The position numbers and the translations under genes were made by a program. DNA of 64,000 nucleotides from Lytechinus pictus. Lineage: Eukaryota. Below, one piece after another: positions 13,160-26,064 of this stretch (its first letter is position 1; each line of letters starts with the position of its first letter). Where the stretch lies: positions 8,930,001 to 8,994,000 of the forward strand of contig NC_087263.1 in the NCBI RefSeq assembly GCF_037042905.1, read 5' to 3'. The notes below the pieces were generated by a model. That model saw only the letters and a program-made list of their open reading frames with translations. It ran no database searches and was not told the origin of the DNA.

Positions 13160-13409
13160 CACTGTAAAAAGTATTGGGTACAAATTTAACTCGCACGAGG
13201 GTAATTATGTGTCCAACCAATTTGGGGCAGTATTTTACCCAATGCGGGGAGCATTGTCCAGTAAGGTTAAAAAAATAAGCAGCAATTACTTTAGAATCGG
13301 CAAACCTTTCATCACACTGGATAAATAACAATGCCCAAAAGAAATGCCCAATGTTGGTCGGGCACATTATTACCCTCATGGAGCATTTTTACCCACTATT
13401 TTTAGAGTG
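13160..13409. mobile_element. CACT-terminated MITE, copy 2
   Basis: Ends CACTGTAAAAA and TTTTTAGAGTG, with a 2-bp TG duplication. The empty site is in the paralog near 11735. Confidence 0.85.
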
Positions 13410-13778
13410 TGTACAAACTCCTTATAAACGCTTCAAAATTTGAAATTGAAATTGAAAAGACATGGCACTTTTGAGAGTCTAAATTCTTGTCTGTTTGTTA
13501 TAAGCCTGTCCACATAAAACAAGGAAAGGTTAGACAAAGATATTGTACACGGATTTGTATAAAAAGATTATTAAAAAATAAGAGTAGGTCCAATCATAAC
13601 TTAAAGATTTCCGTAAGATTCGAAATCAAATTACGAAACAGATCCGTAAACATATAAAGGATTACTTCAGTCAAGTTGTCAATGAATATAATCACGACTC
13701 CAAAAAGATCTGGCGTGAGTTAAACAGAGTAACAGGCATAGATGGACGACGAAAGGCTGTTCCCTCTAACGTTAAAGC

Positions 13779-13963
13779 TAGTCTGCTGGGCAAACCCTTC
13801 ACTCGAGTTAAGGGTCTGAATGTGCAGCCTACTCATGCCTTGTGTACTGAAGGCTCTCTCGCTCAAGTATTGTATTGGAACAGCAAGTTTTGTATGTGCT
13901 AGTCTTTGCGTGGAGGCACACTTATTGATCAAAGTTCCAATCAGGGTCTGTGCCTGCAGACTA
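13779..13963. mobile_element. Short TIR element with a 9-bp TSD
   Basis: Ends TAGTCTGCTGGGCAAACCCT and AGGGTCTGTGCCTGCAGACTA. CGTTAAAGC occurs at 13770-13778 and 13964-13972. Confidence 0.8.
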
Positions 13964-14131
13964 CGTTAAAGCCGCTGTTCTTTACTTTTTATTATTATTA
14001 ATATTGGTAAGAATTTAGTTACAAGTTCAAACTGCTCAATTCCTTTGGAGGCATCCTGACTGTCTTTCTGTATTTAAATCTAAATATATTGATGAAAACA
14101 CCATATAAAAATGCATTTTAAATGTAATGTA

Positions 14132-14972
14132 CAGCGTGTCTCTAAAAAAAGTAAACCCAACTTCAACGGCAAATATTCAGAAAACTAAAAAAATATTTAC
14201 ACATTATTTTTTCATGGTTAGATAGTCCAATAAGTCCTCTGTCCAATTACATCACTTAGGTTATCTAACTCTCATGCATGACTGAGCATGATTCAACTTA
14301 GTGAACTGGTGTCAAATCATCACTGTGGCAAGTTATTTCTTGTTATTGTCATGCATTCAAGGCCTATTTGAAGTTAAATGTTTGTCACATGTTAGGCCTA
14401 TGATTAAATCATCACTGTGGCAAGTTATTTCTTGCCATTGTCATGCATTCAAGGCCTATTTGAAGTTAAATTTTGGTCACATGTTAGGCCTATGATTACA
14501 TAACAACTTCAGCAAAGGTTGTTCCTAACACAGGCACACTTCACATGCTTTCCAAACATGGTACAGTTGACAATTGAGCAGAGAGTATTCCTGGTAACTC
14601 GATACCAGGAAACAAGAAGTTTCGTGGAAGTTCAAGAAGCTTTTCGGGTGCAGTTCCCCGAGAGGCAGCATCCAACAAAAGGGCCATCTGGTACAATGTG
14701 AGAAAGTATGCTGATCACGGAACCAGTTTAACTTCAAATAGGCCTTGAATGCATGAAAATAACAAGAAATAACTTGCCACAGTGATGATTTGACACCAGT
14801 TCACTAAGTTGAATCATGCTCAGTCATGCATGAGAGTTAGATAACCTAAGTGATGTAATTGGACAGAGGACTTATTGGACTATTTAACCATGAAAAAATA
14901 ATGTGTAATTATTTTTTAGTTTTCTGAAAATTTGCCGTTGAAGTTGGGTTTACTTTTTTTAGAGACACACTG
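14132..14972 (+). mobile_element. Internally deleted Tc1/mariner element with a transposase N-terminal remnant
   Basis: TIRs of about 250 bp and a TA TSD. ATG at 14558 gives MVQLTIEQRVFLVTRYQETRSFVEVQEAFRVQFPERQHP, frameshifting into RAIWYNVRKYADHGTSL. This resembles the DUF4817-type HTH of rosa/DD41D transposases. Confidence 0.85.
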
Positions 14973-17900
14973 TATTACTGCGAATAACAACTATATACTC
15001 AATATTGATTTAAAACTTTTATGTATAGCGGTTCCTTATATCGCAAATTCTCTGTTATGTATTCAATGAAAGTTCGAAAAAAGCGCTTTTCCTCTTGATT
15101 GGAAACTTACTTATAGTAGAGCGGATAAGCCGAACAATTGTGCAAATTATGACTAAAGCATGAAACTTTCACAAGTAATAGTATATGCCGTAAGATTTAT
15201 TTTAAAGATGGGAGGTAAATTTTTAAATGCCATTTTTGGCCGTTCCCATGGCAACGGATTAATTTCTCCAAAATGACATACATTCCCATGTAAATGGTAA
15301 ATAAAAACGATATAGATGACCAAAATGATAACTTTCAGGCTCCCAATTAAAAACATATGAAATTTAGAAATATTCAAGATCACCAAGATAGTTCCAATTG
15401 GTCCGTTGCCATGGCAACGGCTTGTTTTTCCCCAGAAAAATAAAAAATTTGATTAAAAAAGCGTTGTAGAATATGATTTATCTTTAATTTCCCTAATTCT
15501 ACAATGTTAAACAAAGATATTTTGGTTGCTAAATGTGTAAATTACATCTCAAGTCATTGCCATGGCAACCAAATAACATCTAATTTACAAAAATAACATG
15601 GTTGACAAGACAATGGACAGGTGGAAAATACAATTAGAATTGACTTAATCTGTATGCTTAAGTTTTGACCCCCTCATTTTAACAAAAAATACAGAAGTTT
15701 TCTGCAGGAGTTCTTTATAAAGATTAAAAAATATGTTGCCTTGGTAATGCTTGAATTTAACTTAAAAAGAAACAATTTTTTCAAAGAGCCCGTTGCCATG
15801 GCAACAGCTTATTTCCCTCTAGAAAGGTAAAAATATTGATAAAAATGTAGAATACATGTATGATCATCATTCCATTTTCCCTAATTTTAAGGTACTAATT
15901 GAGATATGTTTGTGACTAAATTTATAAATATAACATCTTAAGCCATTGCCATGGCAACCAGATAACATCTAATAAAAAAACCAAAACATGGATGACAAGA
16001 TTATTGACAGGTGAAAATACAATGAAAATTAACTTAAAGTACATGCCTAAGGTTTGACCTACTCATTAATTTAGGGGAAAATAATACAGTGAGTGTTCTG
16101 CATGAACTAATTAGAATGATAAACATTGATGTTGGCTTGGTAATACTTGAATTCAACAATAAATATCAATGTTCCAAATGGCATGTTGCCATAGCAACGG
16201 ATCATTTACCCAAGAAAAGTACCAGTTTTGATTTTAAAAAGGACTGTATAATCTGATTTTTCTTTCATTTCCCCTAGTTTTAGGGTAAGAATGGATATGT
16301 TTGCTGTTAACATGCAAATAACATCTAAAGCCATTGTTAAGGCAACCAAATAACATCTAATTTGAAAAAAAATACCATGGTTGACATGATAATGGACAGG
16401 TGGAAAATGTAATTTATAACAATTAACTCAAGGTTTGACCCAGTCATAAAATTTTGAACAAAGATGACAGTGTTTCGCATAAGTTCATTAGAATGATGAA
16501 ATTTGAGGTTGCCTTGGTAATGCTTGGATTTAATGATAAATATCAATGCTGCATATGGCCCGTTGCCATGGCAACGCTCCTTTTTTCCCCGAGAAAAGTA
16601 CAAAATTTGATCGAAAAACAGTTTAGAATCTGCATTTTGTCATATAAAATTTCCCCTAATTTTAGGGTGCAAAGCATAGATAATTATGTTTGCTGTTGAT
16701 ATACAAATAACTTAAGCCATTGCCATGACAACCAAATAACATCTAATTTCAGTGGCTTAATTTGGTTTCTATGCAATGGTTTTAAGGGTGAAGTAGTACA
16801 TTGGGACTAGTTACAAGGACAGCCAGTGGTCTGATGTGTCCAAAACCCTAAGACGGCTTCCAAAAATGGAGTTTGAATGGCTGTTGATATATAAATGGAC
16901 ATAGCTCATTTCATATCCGTCTGGGATATATGATGTTGGTGTCTAGACCATGGTTTCAATGGTCGAATAATACACTATGACAAGTTAAACGGACAGTCAG
17001 TTGTCCAGTATATCAAAAAATTCAAGATGGCTTCCAAAAATGGGGTCTAAAATTGCTGTTGCTGCATTAAAAAACGTAGTTTGTTTAATATGCCATGGTT
17101 AAATGGGCAAAATAATACATTAGGACAAGTTTCAAGGACAGCCAGTGGTCAAGTATGTCCAAAAATCCAAGGTGGCTTCCAAAAATGGAATATAAAATAG
17201 TCCCTGTTACTAACAAATAGACATATTTCGTGTAATATCTGCCAAGGGCATATTATTTTGAAATCTAAACCGTGGTTTTAAGTCAGTAAATACACCATGT
17301 ACATTGGAACAAGTTACAAGGACAGTCAGTAATCCAGTATGTCTAAACATCCAAGATGGCTTCCAACAATTGGAGTCTAATCGCAGTCTGTTACTTAAAA
17401 ATTGACATAGTTCATTTAAAAATGCACCAAGGAAAAATGATTTTGGTGTTCACACTTTGGTTTCAAGGTTAGAAAAATACCTTTAGACTGGTTACAATGA
17501 TATCCAGTTGTCCATTTTTACCTTAAAAATCCAAGAGGGTTTTCAAAATGGCATCTAAAATGACTTCTATCACTCAAAAATTATCAGAGTTCATACAACA
17601 TCTACCTTTGAGAAACATTTTTGGTGTCTACACTGTGGTATGAAGGGTCCACTATTACATTATGACAAGTAACAAGGATTGTTAGATTTCAATTTTGTCC
17701 AAAATCCAAGGTAGATTCTAAAATTACATAAAAATGGGTGCTGTTACCAACTCTTATCTGCTTGCATTTTGAATGTAGGCACCAAAATTACTTCTCACAA
17801 CTGGATATTATATCCACTTCAAAGAAACAATCGTCATTTTTTAACCCATTTATGGAAGCAATCTTGGATTCTCAGGCAAAATGGACAATTGTAACCAGTC

Positions 17901-18911
17901 CGAAAGTATCATTTGATCCTTAAAACCCTAGTGTAGACACAAAATAACATCCCCAGGTGTATTTCTAATGTACTATGTCCACTTTTAAGTAACATTAAAA
18001 ACCCCAATTTTCAAGCCATCTTTGAATTTTTGGACACAATAATGACACCTGACTGTCCTTTCAACTTAACGAAATGTACAGTATTACTTGACCCTTTAAA
18101 TACTAGTGTAGCCACCAAAACCATATCCCCAATGTATATAATTAATGAAGTATATGTCCATATTGAAGTAACAACAGTCAATTTAGACCCCATTTTGGAG
18201 GCCATCTTGGATTTTTTAACATACCAGTCCACTGACTGTCCTTGTAACTTGTTCTAATTCATTAAACCATGAATTTATGATTATGGTTCAGACATTAAAT
18301 TCATATTCCCCAGAACAAACTATGTCCTAGTTTATTATTTGACTCTTGAAACGATGGTTTAGACACCAGAATCACATCTCACAGGCGGAAAGAGAATGAG
18401 CTATGTCAATTTTTAAGTAACAACAGTCAATTTTAGACCCCATTTTTGTAAGCCATCTTGCCTTTTTTAACATACCAGACCACTGACTGTCCTAATGCAT
18501 CACTTGACCCTTTAAACTATGGTTTAGACACCAAAATCATATTCCCCAGACAGATATTGAACAAACTATGTTTATTTGTAAGCAACATTAGACATTGTTT
18601 TACACCTTTTTTAAGCCATCTTGGAATTTTGGACATACTAGAGTAGGGGAGACCGGGGTTAGTTGGAACATTTTTGACAAAAATGGCTGTAAAATCCAAA
18701 TAGATTTTATTCGAGAAACAATCAATATATCAGCTTGAAACATATATCTCAGGGCTTCAAATGTACCCCATAAAATTTTTAACTCTATTATGGTTACTGA
18801 AAAAAAATCCACCTTGAACAAGATTATCGCAAACGTTCCAACTTACCCCCATATCGGGGTAAGTTGGAACATGGTATGGGGTAAGTTGGAACACTGCATG
18901 GTCAATTAAGA

Positions 18912-19127
18912 ATTATACTAAAACTACTTAAAACTGTAATATTACATGGTTTTAGCCTATTTGCTTTATCTTATTCAAGTTCAAAATATTAAAGTGTGGA
19001 TTCGTTGAACTTTATGTAAGGATTATACTAAAACTACTTAAAACTGTAATATTACATGGTTTTAGCCTATTTGCTTTATCTTATTCAAGTTCAAAATATT
19101 AAAGTGTGGATTCGTTGAACTTTATGT
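18912..19127 (+). repeat. Near-perfect tandem duplication of ~110 bp
   Basis: ATTATACTAAAACTACTTAAAACTG…GAACTTTATGT occurs twice in tandem. Confidence 0.9.
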
Positions 19128-19199
19128 TTTCTATTATACAGCCACTCACGCAAGCAGACTGTGTAGTAGAATTCCGCATATTTGGGTGCGTTTGAGTTT

Positions 19200-19837
19200 A
19201 CATGCAATTAAGTGTACTATCAGCAATTTCATGTACTTCTGCATCAAATTTATAAGACAAAAATTGATTGTTTTTATTTTTTCCATAATTAATTATGCAA
19301 ATAATTTTTTTTTTATGTTTTTGCCTTTAACTATATTCATTAAGCTAGTAGAATTTTTGGTGAGAGTATCAATTTTCACATTTATAACAAATATCCACCA
19401 AAAAATGCAAAAAATATAGTTTCTTATGTATTTTTTGTTTTTCCGAACTTTGTTTTTTCCGATGGACTTTTTCAGGAGTCTTTTGCGATCATAAATAGCA
19501 TAAAATGAATCTATTTGAACCAGCAAAATGAAAAAAAAATAATCATACATTTATGACTTTTGGTTGAAAAACACAATTTGCATTGACCTTGGACATGGAA
19601 TCACCTTTTTGAACAATTTTGGGTCCGAACATGCACATACAATTTGTTGCGTAATTTTGAAACCGCGCACACAGGCATCACAAATTTGGTCTCAAATGAT
19701 GCGCAAGACTTGAAAGTAAAAAGTCAGCTAGCAGTGTAATAAATTCGAAAAAAAAAAAAAAAATTCGAACGACGGCGTAGTGACAAAATTTCTTGAGGGG
19801 GGCTCAAATTGACCCCCCCCCCCCCTTTTGATAAGGG
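19200..19837. mobile_element. Truncated piggyBac-like element (only the right end is seen)
   Basis: Ends TCAAATTGACCCCC…ATAAGGG|TTAA. I could not find the left terminus, so the start is approximate. Confidence 0.4.
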
Positions 19838-21045
19838 TTAACATTGCATTAGGTGCCTATAGGCCTTAAATGCACACTCAGACCTAACTGATAAACAAAA
19901 CAAGCATGGTATACAATACATGTTCAGAAGAGTGTGAAATACTTTTTTTTCTTCTCATATCCAATATTTTCATTCATAATTATGTTTGGGGTAAGTTGGA
20001 ACATGTTCCAACTAGCCCCTTCAATTTTGTTCCAACTAACCCCGGAGGCTCATTTGACGTTTATAAGCTTACAGCACAAAAAAGGGACTTCACCATGGCA
20101 TATTAATAACCTCATTTTGTAGCTTGGTATAAGTGTATATTATACCCCTAAACTGGCCAACTTGATCTGTAAACTTCTCTGAGATAATCAAACATTTCTG
20201 AACAAGAAAAAAATTTACTCAGAAGGTCAAAAAACAAAAATTTGTTTCTAACTTCACCAGGCTTGTTGCACATGTGTTTTCTGTAATATGGTGGATGGCC
20301 GTTGATAATGACAATAACTTGAGGGCAGTATTGCAGAAATTTATTTAAAGACGTTAAAGTATACATCCAAAGAAAATTCACGAAAGTGATGATTATAGAC
20401 AAATTATATATGAATGGAAAGGTCTTGTCTTTTTATACACAAATATGTCACTAAAAAGTCTTATTGATGTCGTGGAAATGCAAGAAATGAAATTATTAGA
20501 GACCATTCTAAGCCCCCCAGCCGCCCCCAGACCGACAGTTCACGCACTGAAAACAGTCGAGAATAATGACGTCACACAATCATCGAGCTCATCATCCCTC
20601 TGTGCATAATACACTGAATCACCTTACTGACCTCTTCAATATCTTCCGAATTTACCGTTTTCTTCATGTAATGTGACATCCGAATTCTGTTTTCGACAAC
20701 TTCAGACTATAAGGGAACCAGAACTGTGTTATTTTGCCCGTTTTTTATTGAATTGTGAACTGGAAAGATCGATTTTGTCCACTCGACAGTCTTCGTTGTG
20801 TTGCTCTACTAACTATTGAAAAACTCCAAGCTGCACGGTCCCATTCACTTGCTCCCGATGCATGTTGCAGGCTACGCTGTTTGATCCAGTCAAAAGTCAA
20901 GGTAAGCATGTTTGGAAACTGTACTTGTTCTGACGATGCATTCAGGTCAGATGACAGATACAGATCTGATATAAGTTTAGAATCATGCATTTTGGCATAA
21001 CTACTATTAAAATTAAAAAGTTTTTATTTTAGAAATAGTGTTTTT

Positions 21046-21640
21046 GGGTTCATTACATGCCGCCACGCACAGAAAAATCAAGCCATTGAAGTCGTGTGTT
21101 GTGGACCCAAGAAGTGAGATCCCAGACGCCTCCAGGCTAAGCACGCGCGACCCACTAGTTAGAAATCCACTGCCAAACGCGGTTCGTGGTGCGAGGTTAG
21201 TAAACTTAATACGTGTGAGTGGCACAATTCCAGCAGATTTTTTCTTCAGATTTCTAAAACTGGTCAGGACTCAGGCAGGCGATTAAATTATTTAGGAGCA
21301 CTGAGTGGTATGGACCATGGCTGAAAATCTGCTGTTTCAGAGGAATGTTTAAGTTTTTATTATACACAGAATTATATCACCATGATGCCGATGTCATGAA
21401 GCCAGACAAATTTTCAGCAGTGATTACCCTGATTCCTGGCCAAAATCACTCACACGTATTGCGAGGTTAGTATTAGTATACTACTAGTACGTATTGCGAG
21501 GTTAGTATTAGTATACTAACCACGAACCGCATTTGGCAGTGGATTTCTAACTAGTGGGTCGCGCGTGCTGGGATCTCACTTCTTGGGTCCACGACTTCTA
21601 TGGCTTGAATTTTCTGTGCGCGGCGGCATGTAATGAACCC
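21046..21640. mobile_element. MITE with long TIRs
   Basis: Ends GGGTTCATTACATGCCGCC…GGACCCAAGAAGTGAGATCCCAG and its reverse complement. Confidence 0.8.
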
Positions 21641-21771
21641 TTGGGTGGGCCAAAATTAGAGTCTGGTGTTTTTTTCTGATTAGAGTGTTGCTGCATATAT
21701 GTATGCGTAATGCCTTCAACAATGAAGATAAATGCAATCTTTGTAATGACACAGAGACTCAGAGAGCACCG

Positions 21772-21928
21772 TACCTCAAGTGATGTTCGTGTAGTCTCCA
21801 CTTCACTACTGGAGTACTGCTACAGCCTACACTACGCTACACACCTACCCGGGTAGGTGTGGCGTACATGTACGGTAGTGTAGCGGTAGTGAAGTGGAGT
21901 GGGGCCTACACAAACGTCACTTGAGGTA
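21772..21928. mobile_element. Small palindromic hAT-like MITE
   Basis: Ends TACCTCAAGTGATGTT and AACGTCACTTGAGGTA. Flanks are GAGCACCG/GAGCACCA. Central palindrome CACCTACCCGGGTAGGTG. Confidence 0.8.
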
Positions 21929-22908
21929 GAGCACCAGTGTTCTGAGTGGAACTTTTCAGGTGTCTAAACCTACTATCATTTGTTGTTGACCGGGAATTAC
22001 ATGCCACCGCACGTCATCAATCATCACGATAATTAAATTCATACTTTGATTTGATTATTTAAACTATTTATTTTTTTCTCTCTTCTACACACAGATCTGC
22101 ACACTTGCTGACTCTGGTGACTTCTGGTCTCTGCTTGCTACCTCAATCTGGGAGATTCCATCATGTCCTTTTACTATGATTTGGGTATAGCCATTTTTTT
22201 CTTCACTCTTTCCAGGACCTACGGTTTGCAAGTTGTGGACTGATAATGATACAAAAGAAAATTTTTCTTTATCAATCTTGGAAACAACTTTGAGCACAGT
22301 TTTGGAGAGAACTAAGAAATTTGACTTGGACAGGAATACAGCTGGTCAAAAATAATAACACACAATTTAAACGAAAGAACAATTTTAATGTTACTAGGGC
22401 ATTTTGCGAGAAATGTTATACTCAATCACACGTCCCAAATCAAGGGTAAGTCCTTTGATTAAACATGTAGTTGAATTGCGATTGCAACTCGACCTTATTA
22501 CGCTTGAATTTGAATTTAAGACTTACGCTTGATTTGCAATTGAACATAAGTTTCTTGCAGTGCGTGCCCCATAATTATGTTTTGTTATCAGATATTTAAC
22601 GTGCTGATTTTTCTCGAAAGGTATAATATATTTGTCCTTTTAAACGGCATTTGAATATGGGTACACCTTTTATTTGTTTTCCACAATATTTATTGCATGT
22701 ATGAACAGAAGTGAAATATTTATTGTGAAGCACTGTGAATGTTGTGTGATGGTTCATCATTTTTGTTATAAGACTGAAAGCCTAGTGGATGTGAGGAAGT
22801 GGCCTGGATGAAAGAAAAGTGAACATGTGTCCAATTACTGATTTGCATATTCTAAGACAATTTTGTTTCTGGATAAATTTTGCTATGCATTCCCTACATT
22901 AAGAGTAA

Positions 22909-23238
22909 AGGAGAAGTCCACGCAATCAAAAATTCATTTGAATTTAAAGAAAAATAACAAGATATTGCAGGAAATTTCATAAAAACTTTGATTCAAATTT
23001 ATATAATTACTATTTTAACAGTTCCGTAAATATAACCTATTGTGATCAGATGAAGAGTTTCCTATCGTCAAATCTGCAAAGAATAAAAAACAAAATGCCA
23101 CAAAAAATAGAAACGAATGTGATGTGAGTGACAACTCTAATTTGCATATCATTGTTTTGTGTATATGACTGTTTTGAGTAAAAACAACAAGGGAAATTAC
23201 TCTATTCAAATAATTTTTAGTTGATGTGGACTTGACTT
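22909..23238. mobile_element. Kolobok-like MITE (degenerate)
   Basis: Ends AGGAGAAGTCCAC and GTGGACTTGACTT|TTAA. Related to 28004-28575. Confidence 0.65.
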
Positions 23239-24688
23239 TTAACCCTACCCCTCCCATCCCAAATAAGAGTAGAAATAATCTAATCAAGAACTTGAAAATC
23301 AAAAGCAGCAATTAAGAAGCAAGATTTGATAAATACAGGTCTGAATAGAATTTCACAAGAAAAAAAAAGAGAAAAAAAAGATGGGTAGGGACGGAGAAGG
23401 AATAAAAAAAAAATACCCAGAAAAAAAAAATCCGAGTTTCGAACCAGGGTCCTCGCACATGACAAAACAATGGCCAACGCATTTGGCCACAGACCATCGC
23501 CCTAACAGGAAGGCATTTTTAAGATATCTAAAAGAAAGTCCGCTTGCCGCTGTTTCCTAATAATACTTCGGCAATTCAACTGCAATTTCAGTCATTTCGC
23601 GATGGATATTGCCGTGTTTTTTTTGTGGTTCCTGACTTTGCTACTAAATGAAATTTCATAATTTTTGTTCAGTCATAAAGAAGAATGTCTATGCTTTATA
23701 TTGACTATAACATTAATGTGACGCAAGTGTGATATCTACGTGAAAATATGCTTTGTTTATTCACATATATTTCTTGAAAAAAAAAAAAATTCTAAGCTAA
23801 ATATCGGTTACCAAAATACGTTAAATGTGCACTTTTTTTCACTGTTCAGTAAATTCAAACTTTTATCTATATAACAAGACCAATCTTAAGAGGAATAAAC
23901 AATTCTAAGAGCAAAAAACGCTGATTGGAAAGATCGTCTCCAATGGGCTGCTGTCAGCTCAGCTGCTCACTGCTCATTGTGTGACGTCACTCAGCTGGAG
24001 CTCGCAAGAGGACCGGTGGAAGGCAGAAATATGGCATGAAAATAAATCATTTTTGAGAGCTGATTTCTGCAATCTCTGATCACTATTTTGAAAAGTGAAG
24101 TTATATATCTGATTAGTAATACTTCCCCTTTACAATGATGACCACATAAAGTCATTATAAAATACTTTTGATTCTTTGGATGTATACTTTAAAGAAAATT
24201 ACAATGTTTCAACTTACCCCATGTTCCAACTAACCCCGGTCTCCCCTACTAGACCACTGACTGTCCGTGTAGCTTGTACTAATGTATTATTGGCCTTTGA
24301 AATCGTAGTTTAGACACCAAAATCATATCTCAAAGGTGAATATAAAATGAGCTATTCCACTTTTAAGTATCAGCAGCCATTTTAGAATCATTTTTGGAAG
24401 CCATATTGGATTTTCGGACATACCTGACTGTCGTTGTAACTTGTCCTAATATTATTAGACTCTTGAAACCAATGATTTAGACACCAAAATCACATCCCCC
24501 AGGCCAATATGAAATGAGCTACGTCCGCTTTAGGTATCAGCAACCATTTTAGATTCCATTTTTTGAAGCCATCTTAGGATTTTGGACATTCCAGACCACT
24601 GGCTGTCCCTGTAACTTGGCCCAATGTACTACTTGATCCTTAAAACAATGAATAGAAACCAAAATAAAGCCATTTTATCAAGTAATGG

Positions 24689-25260
24689 ATGAACAATGCT
24701 GTTCGTTCATTGGTTCTGTCTCGTATCGATTATTGCAATGGGCTCCTTTCTACAATTCCCTCTAATCAATTAATCCGTATTCAACGACTACAAAATTGGG
24801 CAGCACGATTAATTTTACAGGTTTCCCGAGATCATCCTTCCCAATCACTCTTTAATTCTCTTCACTGGCTTCCTTTTAAACAGAGAATTACGTTCAAATT
24901 ACTCTTGATTGTCTACAAAACACTAAATAAACAGGCTCCACAGTATTTAAGTAACTGCTTGAATCTGTATACACCAACTAGAGCACTTAGGTCGGCCAGT
25001 GATCACCTTCGCCTCACATATTCATTAACTCGTACATTAGCTGGTGACAGAACTTTTACAGTGTCGGCTTCAAAATCCTGGAACGACCTGCCACTAATAA
25101 TTAGACAATCTCCAACATTAGCAATTTTCAAAAAGTCATTAAAAACTCATCTCTTTCGTACTTTGTAGTTTTTAAAATATTACATTTAATTAATTCATTG
25201 TAAGCGCTTGGGGCCTAATGGGAAAAGCGCAGTACATATAATAAGTAATAATAATAATAA
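24689..25260 (+). mobile_element. L2-clade LINE 3' fragment
   Basis: ORF SLVLSRIDYCNGLL…LQNWAARLI…LHWLP…WNDLP…FKKSLKTHLF, then an AAGCGC stem-loop and a (TAA)n tail. Confidence 0.92.
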
Positions 25261-26064
25261 TTGTGGATTTTTAGCCTACGGCAGCCAGTGAGGGCACCAT
25301 CTTGGATTTTTTTCTGCTTAAATTCTTTTCAACCTTTCAACCAGTAAAGGTATTTAAATAAATTTAAATATTTTGATAAGTCTACTTATGACGTAAAATA
25401 ACAAGTGAATAGATTACACTTCATGTTGAATATATTCATAATTATGTTACTTTAAAAATTATCACAGTATTTCAAAATCAGTAGTGTAATTTTGAGGGGT
25501 CAGATATGACGTATCGAGCAAAATTTATTTTAAAAAGTTTTCAGCGAGCCCAGCGGAAGAGTAAAACTTTCGAAATTGTTCATTACAAAAATAAAATTTT
25601 GTAAAAGATTTTCGGTATAGTATTGGTAAAATAATTATATTTCGTCCATCTCTCTTTCACTTTCTCTTTATTTTTTTCTTGGTAATGATTTTTTTGGGGG
25701 AGTAGGGTTGCAAAATCCCCGGGAATTTTCTTGATGGAAACTTTCAATGGGAATAAACGGGAATTTTGTGGGAATTTTTTGAATTTTCTGCAATTTTTAG
25801 GAATTTTCAAGAAATGATGGGAATTTTCAAAAAGTAACAATTTTCTGATATCTATATGCAGAAATTGAAAGGCTTCCCCTGGCAGATGATGCTTGATAGT
25901 GCTTTGCCATCAAATTTCATGCCAAGTATTATGCTTAAACAGTCAGACAAGGCATAATTTTAATGATTTCCATGTAAAAGTTGATTTACTGTATTTACTT
26001 TGATTAGGAGTTCAAGACCATGTCAACTCCTCAAATAGATTTAAGATTTTAATTTATCAACGCC

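Larger units (their letters stand above)
11030..13730 (+). repeat. Diverged direct duplication (~11030-12050 vs ~12315-13730)
   Basis: Collinear shared blocks, e.g. ATTCAACTTGACCTGGAGTTGT, GGAGTTCAAGGAGTTGGAGGGTGT, TACACGGATTTGTATAAAAAGATTATTAAAA and TGGCGTGAGTTAAACAGAGT. Confidence 0.85.
20358..24188. mobile_element. Kolobok-like element with a TTAA TSD
   Basis: Ends TTAA|AGTATACATCCAAAGAA and TTCTTTGGATGTATACT|TTAA. Confidence 0.75.
18643..24249. mobile_element. TIR element with a 4-bp TSD (superfamily not assigned)
   Basis: Ends GTAGGGGAGACCGGGGTTAGTTGGAACA and TGTTCCAACTAACCCCGGTCTCCCCTAC. TAGA is duplicated. Uninterrupted host units read CATACCAGACCACTG. Confidence 0.85.
16752..24672. 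mobile_element. Inner foldback element made of ~185-bp units containing AAAATCCAAGATGGCTTCC
   Basis: Units run forward at 16752-~17720 and reversed at ~17850-18640 and 24250-24672. Segment 16752-16880 matches the reverse complement of 24541-24672. Confidence 0.7.
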
